From IMG/VR virus record IMGVR_UViG_3300027747_002221, positions 1 through 64,000 of that record: a DNA stretch of 64,000 nucleotides. One strand, given 5' to 3'. Numbering within the stretch: position 1 is the first letter of the stretch; each line of letters begins with the position of its first letter. Position numbers and translations under genes: made by a program. A model generated the notes under the pieces. The model saw only the letters and a list, made by a program, of their open reading frames with translations. It was not told the DNA's origin and did no database searches. Below are positions 18,844 through 27,761 of the stretch, one piece after another.

Positions 18844-19890
18844 TTAAACTGTCTTAATTGTTCCTAAATGAACATACTGAATGGCCTTGCCATCTTTTTC
18901 TACAGTATACTCAACATAAGGCTCGCCAGAATCAACCATGTAATTTTCGCCTAAAACTTTTCCGCCAGACATACGAATATCTTCGAACTTGCTTTCAAAG
19001 ATTTTCTTGGTCTGTGATTCGATAATTACGTCTGTGTAATTTTCGTTGAATGCTTCTGTAGCAATTGTAACGATTTCTTGTTGGACGTCTTCGCTTGTTT
19101 GTCCAACCATAGATTGTAATGCTCTTAGATAGTCTCCGTATGTGGGATTATCTGTTACTTCTAAAACGAAATCATTATAATTGATAACAGTCTGAGAAAT
19201 ACCTTCCTTCATTGCTTTCTTTTTTGGAGAATGAGGAACACCGGTATCCTTGGGCTGCTTAGGTGGATTCTTAGTATATTCAACACCGGTTTTAGTTTTC
19301 TTAGCAGAATGGCCTGTCAATTCGCCAGGTGCCTTTGGAATTTGACTTGGCATGGACATATCAAATGCAGTACCTTTAGATCTAGATTCTTTTACAGATG
19401 AAGCATCCGATTTAACTTTTTTCTTACCACCCATTTGGTCTTTACCTAAACGACCAGCAATTACATCGCCTCTTGTAACTTTATCATATGGAGGATAGTT
19501 ATTTGCTAAATTACCATCATTACCTTCTTCTACGGTGTCTGCTTCTTCAATAGTTTCGCCATCTTTAATAGCATGCTCGTGCATTTTAGCTTTTTTAATT
19601 TTCATTGCTTCGGTTTGAATTCTGCGATTGCCATCAGGAAATTTAACGTTGTACCAGGAAATGTTTCCATTTTCATCCGGTGCAGCGTGATCTTCGGAGA
19701 TGCATTCACCTTCCCCATATAAAGAATGTTCTACATGAGTAGCGCAATAGTGTGCACCATCTACTCTGCCTTCTTCTACAGAAGCTTCTTCATTCTCAAC
19801 TAATTGTTGAGATTCTCCGCGTCTCACTTTATTAATAGCATCAAATAAGCTATTAGAGATTCTATGGTTTGTTGGATCTGGTAAATTCAT
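18844..19890 (-). CDS. Hypothetical (putative head-associated) protein
   Basis: 348 aa, charged, with repeated hydrophobic-x-E sites (LVE, VEE, IEE). Confidence 0.5.
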   Translation of the reverse strand: MNLPDPTNHRISNSLFDAINKVRRGESQQLVENEEASVEEGRVDGAHYCATHVEHSLYGEGECISEDHAAPDENGNISWYNVKFPDGNRRIQTEAMKIKKAKMHEHAIKDGETIEEADTVEEGNDGNLANNYPPYDKVTRGDVIAGRLGKDQMGGKKKVKSDASSVKESRSKGTAFDMSMPSQIPKAPGELTGHSAKKTKTGVEYTKNPPKQPKDTGVPHSPKKKAMKEGISQTVINYNDFVLEVTDNPTYGDYLRALQSMVGQTSEDVQQEIVTIATEAFNENYTDVIIESQTKKIFESKFEDIRMSGGKVLGENYMVDSGEPYVEYTVEKDGKAIQYVHLGTIKTV

Positions 19891-19914
19891 AATGGTTTCC
19901 TTCTATTGTTCTTT

Positions 19915-21387
19915 TTATTTATTAAGCCTAATATCGGCCTTTTGCTGGGGAGTGGGTTTGGTTGCAGTTACTTTTTTAATATTGTTAGATATTAAACTTG
20001 CAATACCTTCTTTAATTTTTTGTTCAGGTTGTGCAGTTTGCTGAGACATTTTTTTTGCAGATTCTCTTGCTGCCTGTGCTGCTTCGTGATCTTCACGTTT
20101 TTTCTTTTCATTGTTTAATGCCATTGCCAATCTATCTCTGGCACTATATGCTTCACCCATTTTTAAATTAAGCATTTTAGGTTTAGCCATTTTATTTCGT
20201 ATTCTTTTGGCTTGTGCTACTGCTGGATCTTGATTCTTATGACTATTGATGTAATATACTTGCCTCGATTCGTCGGTATGTTCTACTTCTTCAGGCACAC
20301 AATTCGGAACTTGTTTTCCACCTTTATTTTTTGTACCAATCATTTTATAATTATCCCAGCAAGGATCTTCGCCTTTCATTTTTTTGGCTTCATCTATTTC
20401 ACTCATCATATAATTAGCAACTGTACTAATATAATCTTCTGCAAGAGTAATTTTAGATTGAACCCATTCAGCAATATTAGTATTATCTTCCAACATATCA
20501 TGCACTCGTTGGGCATTGTTAATGATACTTTGTAGTTGACCGCGAGCCATGTCGCCCTCATAGTCATATTCTTCTTTGTCTTTGTCTTCAAAGAATAAAT
20601 CTATATCTTCTTTCATTTGTTGTTTCATAGCCTGACGAGCAAGATGTTTTACGCGACTCATTGGGGTGTGCACTGCACCAGACTTATCTTTTACGGTTCC
20701 ATCACCAGAAGTTTTCTTATATGGACCATCAAATGGAGTATCATTTTTCGTATGATCTTCATTAGCTGTCACGCCTTTCTTTCTGATGCTAAGTTTATCT
20801 GCAGGATTGCCTCCACCAAACATACCGCTAAAAGCATCGCGCGCCTGTTGTTTAGTATCTGTTTTCTGTTGCTTAGCTACTTCTTTTTTATTGGTAATAC
20901 CTTTAAGCATCTTATCAAATTTTACATCGCCGGTTGCTTCCGCCACACCATTCGAATATTCATCGAACTGCGTTGATTCCGCAGAAACTCTCAAAGCCTT
21001 GGCCGTAGGTGCGCCTTTGCTTCCAGGTTTACGCATACGTTCACCAGATCCAGCCTTAATTCTTTTTCTTTTAGCGTGTATATTATCCCATAATCCACGC
21101 TCACCCTCACCAATAACATTTGTATCTTCTGGGTATTCTACGGAGTCACCTGTATATTTTCTACCACCTTGGTAATCTTTACTTGCGCCTGACATTATAC
21201 GGTTAGCATCCTCGTCAGGATATTTGGCTTGTATTCTTTTGTTTTGTTTCATAGCCAAAGAATGCGCTTTGTGCATAGTAGGTAGGTCACCCTTTTTGTA
21301 TGCATCGTTAGAGCGATTGTGCAATTTTTCTTTTCTACTGAGCATATCTGCGTATGCTTCATTTCTTATTTTTGAAAATGTTTTCAT
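19915..21387 (-). CDS. Mosaic putative internal head protein
   Basis: N-terminal MKTFSKIRNEA; modules GLWDNIHAKRKR..., EYDYEGDMA..., DPCWDNYKMIG..VPNCVP. Confidence 0.55.
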   Translation of the reverse strand: MKTFSKIRNEAYADMLSRKEKLHNRSNDAYKKGDLPTMHKAHSLAMKQNKRIQAKYPDEDANRIMSGASKDYQGGRKYTGDSVEYPEDTNVIGEGERGLWDNIHAKRKRIKAGSGERMRKPGSKGAPTAKALRVSAESTQFDEYSNGVAEATGDVKFDKMLKGITNKKEVAKQQKTDTKQQARDAFSGMFGGGNPADKLSIRKKGVTANEDHTKNDTPFDGPYKKTSGDGTVKDKSGAVHTPMSRVKHLARQAMKQQMKEDIDLFFEDKDKEEYDYEGDMARGQLQSIINNAQRVHDMLEDNTNIAEWVQSKITLAEDYISTVANYMMSEIDEAKKMKGEDPCWDNYKMIGTKNKGGKQVPNCVPEEVEHTDESRQVYYINSHKNQDPAVAQAKRIRNKMAKPKMLNLKMGEAYSARDRLAMALNNEKKKREDHEAAQAARESAKKMSQQTAQPEQKIKEGIASLISNNIKKVTATKPTPQQKADIRLNK

Positions 21388-21827
21388 TTCTTACCTCTTA
21401 CTAATCTATCTCTTTGCAATTGCCTTACTTTAGGCAATAGTTTTGTTGGCAAATTATTCATCATAGTCATTACTTTAGATGTTCTTGCTTCAATTGAATT
21501 TTTCTCAGTAGCAGATAGACTTTTCTTGCTTCTACCCTTTAACATTTTTTTTATAATCATTCTTCTGGCATCTGTCTTAGTTCTATTTTTTAGTGTGCCA
21601 AGAGTTGCAGATCTTTTTAATTTGACTTTTCTGGCTAATGCCATTAAAACTTTTCTTGACTTTAATTTCTGACTCTTTTTAATTCGTTCCTTAGCAGAAA
21701 TATCTTCAATAATCATATCTTCTTCATCAAATAAATGTATCACATCTTCCCATTCGAGACTTTCAATCAAAGCATCGATTTCTTCTTCGGTTACTTCTTC
21801 TTTGATAAACTCTTTGAAGGATATCAT
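21384..21827 (-). CDS. Hypothetical basic protein with capsid-targeting-like N-terminus
   Basis: MISFKEFIKEE, then acidic and very basic halves. Confidence 0.55.
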   Translation of the reverse strand: MISFKEFIKEEVTEEEIDALIESLEWEDVIHLFDEEDMIIEDISAKERIKKSQKLKSRKVLMALARKVKLKRSATLGTLKNRTKTDARRMIIKKMLKGRSKKSLSATEKNSIEARTSKVMTMMNNLPTKLLPKVRQLQRDRLVRGKK

Positions 21828-22264
21828 TTTAATGTTGCTTTTAACATCCAGCCGTGTTTTTCGTGAGCAATAATTCTATCCTGTAAGAAATTAGATACAC
21901 CTAACGACGTTGCTTTATCTGCAGCATCGTATGCTCTGTGTAATGATAATAAAACCACATTGTTTGCATCAAGTAAATTTTGCATCATTGTTCTTGCATC
22001 AATTTCAGGATTTTCGTCTTTTGATACTATGGACAAATTATAAATTTTTAATAGATCATATGGAGCATATGCATCCAATGCTCTGAGATGCTCTGCAATG
22101 GTATCTATTACTGCATAAACCTCTGTATAAACCATTTCTAAAAAATGATGATATTGAGGATGATTGGGGCCTTCGACATTCCAATGATACGAATGCGTTT
22201 TAAAATACATTAAATAGGTATCGGCAAATACCCTGTTCATTGCATCAATTAAATCCTGATTCAT
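21824..22264 (-). CDS. dps: Dps/ferritin-like DNA protection protein
   Basis: KTHSYHWNVEGP...HHFLE..Y...DTIAEHLRAL...HEKHGWML ferroxidase signature. Confidence 0.9.
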   Translation of the reverse strand: MNQDLIDAMNRVFADTYLMYFKTHSYHWNVEGPNHPQYHHFLEMVYTEVYAVIDTIAEHLRALDAYAPYDLLKIYNLSIVSKDENPEIDARTMMQNLLDANNVVLLSLHRAYDAADKATSLGVSNFLQDRIIAHEKHGWMLKATLK

Positions 22265-23598
22265 ATATGATCCATTGCCTTGTGTTTTTTCATCTGATTA
22301 TAGGCTGATGTGTGTTGCTGTAATTTTGCCTTAGCTAATTGTGCTTCTGCTTCTTGCTCCATCTTATCTAATTCCGCTGCCTGCACTTCGGGATTGTTTA
22401 TAAATGTTTTGAAGGATACCAACCCCAATGGCTTATCAGGGTAACCCTGGTCGTCTATCGTTTTATCAATACCATTATAAACATTTTTATCAGATGTTAT
22501 ATTAATATCCCTGTGCGCAGTCCTTGGATCAGGAAGACCTCTGGCTACGTCAACAGAATTATCTGAAGATGTGTGCACACCTGTCAAATGATTTTCTGTA
22601 ATTTCAGCAATTCTTTTTCTTAAATTAGACATTGTAATGGTCTCCTTGCCATCGGTACTCTGTACCTCTTTTGAATTATCAGTTTCGTTATTTAAAATCT
22701 GTTCTACTTTTTGCTTAGGCAAAAATAAAACGGGTATTTGTTTTTCCATAATTTTTCTAACAGGTTTAATAATAACGGGAGTTGTCTTAGATGATTCTTT
22801 AATATCTTTGATCCAATGCTTAACGGTTTTTCCTTCTGCTATTTTGATAGTAACATAGGATGACCCTCTAAATACAATAGGCCCCTTGTCACCATTCATT
22901 GCCTCAACAACATCATCTATTTTGTAAATTTGATTGTTTATGTATGTTTCTCTAATAGGATCAATCTCTTCTTTTAAAGGAGCAGCTTTAATATGGCCCA
23001 TGATTTCATTAGCGCTTGCCTTCAACGCATCGGGCAATGCTGATCTAAACTTGGCAGTATTACCTTTACGAGCATATTCTCTAATTTTTGTGCCAGACAT
23101 TCCTGCAACACCTTCCGCATCTGGATCTCGACTACCTGCAGAAACAACTTTTATTGATTTAAATTTATAACTACCATGTGGATATTTTTTACCGTCATTA
23201 TATTGATTGAGCAAATCCTGGTAATCTTTTACTCTATCGCTACCAGCAACCACTACCAAATGCTTGTGGCCTTGTCTGTGCAATCTTGCTGCAGCATGTA
23301 GTATTGTTGGTTCTTCTTTGGAAGAACCCGAAAGTTCTGTACTTGGTTTAACTATATTATGTAAGTAACCAAGTTTTGCTTTTTGAGGTACAGGATTTTT
23401 TGCAGTTCCCTCACTATGGGATGCTACAATATGGGCGGTGCCGCCATGTTGTTGTGCGACTTCCTCAGTCTTATGGATCAATTTCTCATGACCAATCGTA
23501 GGTGGGTTGAAGCGACCAAACGACATTACTGCCGTTGATTCTTCTTCCTTTTCCTTGGCCTTTTTAGCGGCCTCATTTAGGTATTGTTTAAAATCCAT
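22261..23598 (-). CDS. HIGH-type (cytidylyltransferase-like) nucleotidyltransferase domain protein
   Basis: FGRFNPPTIGHEKL, VVAGSDR, MSGTKIR; likely start MDFKQYLNEAA at 23598. Confidence 0.75.
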   Translation of the reverse strand: MDFKQYLNEAAKKAKEKEEESTAVMSFGRFNPPTIGHEKLIHKTEEVAQQHGGTAHIVASHSEGTAKNPVPQKAKLGYLHNIVKPSTELSGSSKEEPTILHAAARLHRQGHKHLVVVAGSDRVKDYQDLLNQYNDGKKYPHGSYKFKSIKVVSAGSRDPDAEGVAGMSGTKIREYARKGNTAKFRSALPDALKASANEIMGHIKAAPLKEEIDPIRETYINNQIYKIDDVVEAMNGDKGPIVFRGSSYVTIKIAEGKTVKHWIKDIKESSKTTPVIIKPVRKIMEKQIPVLFLPKQKVEQILNNETDNSKEVQSTDGKETITMSNLRKRIAEITENHLTGVHTSSDNSVDVARGLPDPRTAHRDINITSDKNVYNGIDKTIDDQGYPDKPLGLVSFKTFINNPEVQAAELDKMEQEAEAQLAKAKLQQHTSAYNQMKKHKAMDHI

Positions 23599-23624
23599 TT
23601 GAATATAATGTTGATGCAACCTAT

Positions 23625-23632
23625 TATTTATA
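23625..23632 (-). promoter_or_regulatory. T4-type late promoter TATAAATA
   Basis: Exact TATAAATA on minus strand upstream of 22261..23598. Confidence 0.6.
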
Positions 23633-23647
23633 TGTTTAGGTATTTGG

Positions 23648-23764
23648 TTATTCCGTGTCTTTGGGTGATTGCTGTTGAGGTTTTGGATTACTAGGTAGCG
23701 GGGGGATAGGGTATGTTTTTTTAGTAGGAAATTTCCTGCCTGGGCGGTGCCTAAACCAACTCAT
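23648..23764 (-). CDS. Small Pro-rich basic ORF (38 aa)
   Basis: MSWFRHRPGRKFPTKKTYPIPPLPSNPKPQQQSPKDTE; GGAG upstream; not in ORF track. Confidence 0.4.
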   Translation of the reverse strand: MSWFRHRPGRKFPTKKTYPIPPLPSNPKPQQQSPKDTE

Positions 23765-23792
23765 ATACTACTCCAAAGTTATCCAAAATGTG

Positions 23793-23821
23793 TTGACTAT
23801 CTATTGACTCGATGTTATACT
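23793..23821 (+). promoter_or_regulatory. Sigma70-type promoter, plus strand (antisense to the region)
   Basis: TTGACT-17 nt-TATACT with TG extended -10. Confidence 0.5.
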
Positions 23822-23847
23822 TGCTATGTACCCTGTTAATACGAGCA

Positions 23848-24282
23848 TTAGCAATTCCACTTGCGTAGCGCTTTATTTATTCTTGAATCTGGGTCATGTG
23901 CAGTCTTCGCAGATGTTAATCTCTTCTTCATACCGCCCATGCGAGCACAAAAGGACTTGCGACGATTTGCTGCTTTACTTCCCTTCTTCAATTTAGATGG
24001 TTTAGTTGTAACAGCAGTTTGCAGATGCGATCCGGGATGTTCTCTTCTGTAGGCCATCACACCTGACTTGGTTAAGCCACCCGCTGGGTTTTTATATTTA
24101 GAATCTTGCCAATCCTCGGCTAAACCAAAAAGAATATCGTCATCCATATCTTTGTAGTGTTCCCAAAGAGCTTCGGAGTCAATACCTTGTTCTGCGGATA
24201 AAGTCTCTATATAGTCTTCTACTACATCAAACAATTCATCTAGTATTGTTTTTTCTTTAAGGTAAGATTTGAAATTTATCAT
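23848..24282 (-). CDS. Conserved phage protein (DUF6321-like) with capsid-targeting-like N-terminus
   Basis: MINFKSYLKEK; KNPAGGLT..G...RRKSFCARM...DPDSRINKALRKWNC. Confidence 0.6.
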   Translation of the reverse strand: MINFKSYLKEKTILDELFDVVEDYIETLSAEQGIDSEALWEHYKDMDDDILFGLAEDWQDSKYKNPAGGLTKSGVMAYRREHPGSHLQTAVTTKPSKLKKGSKAANRRKSFCARMGGMKKRLTSAKTAHDPDSRINKALRKWNC

Positions 24283-25457
24283 TTGTTTAGATTCTGACCA
24301 GAGAATCCCTCTTTGCTTCGGTTAACAACTTTAGATACAGAGCCATCTTTGTATCCAACGACAAACCCTTCTGGTTTAGCTTGTTTGCCGTTAATAGTAT
24401 GTTCCTGATTTTGACCGCTCATTTCTAATCTATCGAGTAATACATTCTTTGCCTTATCTAAACTCTTATGAGCATTAAATAGGTGTTGGAATTGATCCTT
24501 GTTCTCTTCTACTTCATGAACCATGCTATCATGGTGTGTTAGTTTCTTTTGCTTGGCAGCTGCAGTCTTTACCTTGTCAACGTCTTTTTGAAGTTTTTCC
24601 GATAGGTGTTTCTTATATCCTGCAGGATTTGGTTGTGTACCTTCTCTTACAGTTTTATTTATGTATGTCTGTAAATGCTCAGAGTGTCCTTCAACCAAGC
24701 CATCGTGGTCTCTTATTTTTGCAAAGGATTCTTTTGCATTATTAAAATGTTTTTTAAATTCTGCTTGATGTTCTGGGGTATAATTAATATTTCCTCTGTT
24801 TAACTTATTATTAAATACGTGCACATCAGGGCTAGCATGTTCAAATTTACTAGTATCAATATTGTATTCTCTTTGATCACCGTGTAGTCTAGTATGCAGA
24901 GCAACACTAATCTTAGCATTCTTTAATTTTTTCCCCTCGTCTGAATCTGCAGGAATAGAATATTTAATTAGTTGTTCTTTAGTGGACATTCTATTTCCTT
25001 TTTCTGGAAATATAGTCTTGTCTTTTTTACTGCCCATGAAGTCGCCTTGCACAACTCCATCTAACGGTGACATTATCTTTTTACCGTGCTCTAATAGTTG
25101 AGCCATTTTACCATGGAGACCGGGTTTGTCTCCAAACTTTTCTTTTAAATCTTTTTCATTAAAAGAATATCCTTTGGATGCACCTTTATATGCCACACCA
25201 AATTCTTTTTTGCCTGTATGAGAATTTATTACATGTCCCATTTCAAAAGAGGGGGAACCGTCTGCTTTAATACCTACTCTTGATACGTTGGATGGTTCAC
25301 CTTTGGCAAATTTATGTAGTTGTTCTAATCTATCTAAATCTGTATTTGATCTTGCTTTACCGTAGAAATGCTCTTCGCCTGCTAGATGTGTTAGATGTTT
25401 AATTGCGCCTGTTGTTGCTGCCGCGGCTTCAGCTAAAAATTCTGAAAATTCTATCAT
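24279..25457 (-). CDS. RNA-ligase-like covalent nucleotidyltransferase-fold protein (DUF6267-like)
   Basis: IKADG (KxDG motif I), VVQGDF (III), EGFVV (IV), KVVNR (V); N-terminal MIEFSEFLAEAA. Confidence 0.6.
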   Translation of the reverse strand: MIEFSEFLAEAAAATTGAIKHLTHLAGEEHFYGKARSNTDLDRLEQLHKFAKGEPSNVSRVGIKADGSPSFEMGHVINSHTGKKEFGVAYKGASKGYSFNEKDLKEKFGDKPGLHGKMAQLLEHGKKIMSPLDGVVQGDFMGSKKDKTIFPEKGNRMSTKEQLIKYSIPADSDEGKKLKNAKISVALHTRLHGDQREYNIDTSKFEHASPDVHVFNNKLNRGNINYTPEHQAEFKKHFNNAKESFAKIRDHDGLVEGHSEHLQTYINKTVREGTQPNPAGYKKHLSEKLQKDVDKVKTAAAKQKKLTHHDSMVHEVEENKDQFQHLFNAHKSLDKAKNVLLDRLEMSGQNQEHTINGKQAKPEGFVVGYKDGSVSKVVNRSKEGFSGQNLNK

Positions 25458-26644
25458 TGTGCTAGCTCTTTATTATGTTTGTCTAACAACTTCTTAACTT
25501 CTTGAGCATGATCTGCCTGAGATACATCTCTATGAAGATCTGGTAAAGTTGTAGATAGATTGGAATATTCTTTCATAACACTATGCTTTGGTCTGTGAAT
25601 AACTTGTGTCTTTCCGCTTTGTGTAGCAGCTATATTTATTTTACCATCCAATCTATCTAAATCTTTATTATCTAGATGTCCTAATGTTGTTACGCCTTTT
25701 AGATCATTATTATCACCGATAGTAAAAGTAGTTCCTTTATCTTTGTCTTTATTATGAATGTGTAGTGCATTAACTTTACTACTTTCAAGATATGCTCTTG
25801 TTGTTCCCTTAGGTGCATCTGTACTAAAACCATTTTCAATTACACCATTGGAATGATTTTCGTTTAGGTATTGTAGTATAGGTTTCCCGCCAACTTTAAC
25901 CTTAGATAAAGATTTTGCTAATGTTGGGTGCGTAAATTTCCATGTACGAGTCTTTTGATCAAAGTTTGCTGCCGATTGACCCATCTTTCCTCTATCTAAT
26001 TTTGATTCACCTTCAATTCTTGAGAACGGAGTCTTTATTTGTTCTTTCGGTGCTTCTTCTGAAACTTGTTTAACAACTCCTGAAAGTTTCTTTTTAGCTT
26101 TCTGACCTTTACCTTCATCGTGAGAAACGAAATCAATAGCAGTACCTGTAGAACCAGCAGATGCTGTTCCAAAGTTCTTTGCAATTCTTCCCTCAACATC
26201 AAAGCCACCTTTGGTGATTGGTGCTTTCTTTAATTCTTTAGGTGGTGCTAATTTTGATTGAGGTATTTCGCCGTGTTGTTCTGTAGATAATAATATTCTA
26301 CCTTGGTCATCGTGTCTCGCACCAGTAACTCGTACAGCAGTTCCTGCTTCGTGTGCGCCATGCGCACTTGCTAAAGTATGTGTAGTTGATTTTTTATCTT
26401 CATTATAATTTTCCCCGTGTTCGTTTTTGAACTCATCAGGTTTCATATATCTGGCAAAATTCGCAGTTACCTTCTTTCGTTGCTCTTTACTAAGAGTCGG
26501 CATTACGTAATTTCTGAGATGCCGAAGGCCTTTCTTTTCACTATCATTAATATTACCCGACATATTCTCGCGCTGGGCTTCTGATAGTAATGAATTTACT
26601 ATAATAGGAGATTCTTTAAGAAAAGCTTTGAAAGAATTGATCAT
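25454..26644 (-). CDS. Hypothetical protein, possible PD-(D/E)xK nuclease-like fold
   Basis: GFDVE...AIDF...EGESK..KMGQ; N-terminal MINSFKAFLKES. Confidence 0.45.
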   Translation of the reverse strand: MINSFKAFLKESPIIVNSLLSEAQRENMSGNINDSEKKGLRHLRNYVMPTLSKEQRKKVTANFARYMKPDEFKNEHGENYNEDKKSTTHTLASAHGAHEAGTAVRVTGARHDDQGRILLSTEQHGEIPQSKLAPPKELKKAPITKGGFDVEGRIAKNFGTASAGSTGTAIDFVSHDEGKGQKAKKKLSGVVKQVSEEAPKEQIKTPFSRIEGESKLDRGKMGQSAANFDQKTRTWKFTHPTLAKSLSKVKVGGKPILQYLNENHSNGVIENGFSTDAPKGTTRAYLESSKVNALHIHNKDKDKGTTFTIGDNNDLKGVTTLGHLDNKDLDRLDGKINIAATQSGKTQVIHRPKHSVMKEYSNLSTTLPDLHRDVSQADHAQEVKKLLDKHNKELAQ

Positions 26645-26673
26645 GGGTGTTCCATTCGAATTAAATTATATAA

Positions 26674-26681
26674 TATTTATA
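26674..26681 (-). promoter_or_regulatory. T4-type late promoter TATAAATA
   Basis: Exact match upstream of 25454..26644. Confidence 0.65.
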
Positions 26682-26698
26682 CCTACGTATACCGAGAC

Positions 26699-26724
26699 AA
26701 AAAAAGGGCGACCGAAGTCGCCCT
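26699..26724 (-). terminator. Intrinsic terminator with UUCG loop
   Basis: AGGGCGAC-TTCG-GTCGCCCT followed by T7 on minus strand. Confidence 0.85.
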
Positions 26725-26745
26725 GAAGTTACTTTTGGGGGAATA

Positions 26746-27309
26746 CTAAATTTTTTGTGCCCAGGCCTTAATAACCGGATGCAAAATATCGTCAGTGTAG
26801 TCCATTTTCATAGTATTCACAATTGCTAGAACAATTTGAATATTGCCTTTAACATACCCCTTACTTGAACTGATGCGATCTACGCTAGGGCGGAATGGAT
26901 TACGTTTCTTTTTGGTACCTAATTCCATACTGAAATCAATACCTGTTAGTGTACACTTGCTTTTACATTCATCAAATACCTTTTGAATATATTCAGGAGT
27001 AAGATTAAATCCCATTACTCGCCCATCTTTAGCTTTTGCTTTAACTCGATTCTTTAAGGCAGTAAATTCAAGCTTACCAAAGTTTTCAGGTAATGCTTTT
27101 TTTGCTCTTGCAACTTCTCGTACTTTTTTACGAATAGCTTCTTTTTGTGCAGGAGTAATTTTCTCTTTATTCTTTTGGTAGTTCCATTTACCAAATGCTG
27201 TTGCCATCTCAGCTTCTTTGTCGGTTAATGGACGTGCATCTAATGCTCTGATTTGATGAAAACGCTTTGCTTCTTTACGGATTGCTGGATCTTCAAAATT
27301 ATATGTCAT
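26746..27309 (-). CDS. Free-standing HNH-like (His-Me finger) endonuclease
   Basis: CTLTGIDF...PSVDRISSSKGYVKGNIQIV..IVNTMK. Confidence 0.6.
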   Translation of the reverse strand: MTYNFEDPAIRKEAKRFHQIRALDARPLTDKEAEMATAFGKWNYQKNKEKITPAQKEAIRKKVREVARAKKALPENFGKLEFTALKNRVKAKAKDGRVMGFNLTPEYIQKVFDECKSKCTLTGIDFSMELGTKKKRNPFRPSVDRISSSKGYVKGNIQIVLAIVNTMKMDYTDDILHPVIKAWAQKI

Positions 27310-27413
27310 AATGTTTTCAAAATCAAATAATATAAAAATTCCGCTTACGCCTTACGGAAACACTTTATTATCGTTGCGATAAAAGGTAGGGGGAAGTGTT
27401 CGTCAATCTTGCA

Positions 27414-27665
27414 TTAAGCGCGGCTAAATGCGTCTCCGCCCATCATTGCGTAGGCGGCAGCTACCATTTTGCGGTTAGGTGTACCGAGACGGTAAGCAGT
27501 TTTACCGTTCTTAGTTTGGTTAGTGTAAACAGCATAACCGTCTGCACGGAGTTCGCTGATACGGGGACGGATGCTGTCTTCAGACGATCCGGTTAAACCT
27601 GCCAATTGAGCAGGCGTAAAATTACGACCAGACTCAAGTACTTTCAAAACACGTTGTTTCAACAT
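27414..27665 (-). CDS. Winged helix-turn-helix protein
   Basis: FTPAQLAGL...SIRPRISELRADGYAVY; follows a perfect sigma70 promoter. Confidence 0.65.
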   Translation of the reverse strand: MLKQRVLKVLESGRNFTPAQLAGLTGSSEDSIRPRISELRADGYAVYTNQTKNGKTAYRLGTPNRKMVAAAYAMMGGDAFSRA

Positions 27666-27724
27666 TGTGTATCTCCATTCAAATTAAATTAAAAAAACAT
27701 AGTAATATTAATTACTATACACAT

Positions 27725-27753
27725 ATTATAATATAAAATTACAATCTTGTCAA
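27725..27753 (-). promoter_or_regulatory. Sigma70 early promoter
   Basis: TTGACA-17-TATAAT. Confidence 0.75.
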
Positions 27754-27761
27754 GGACTTAG

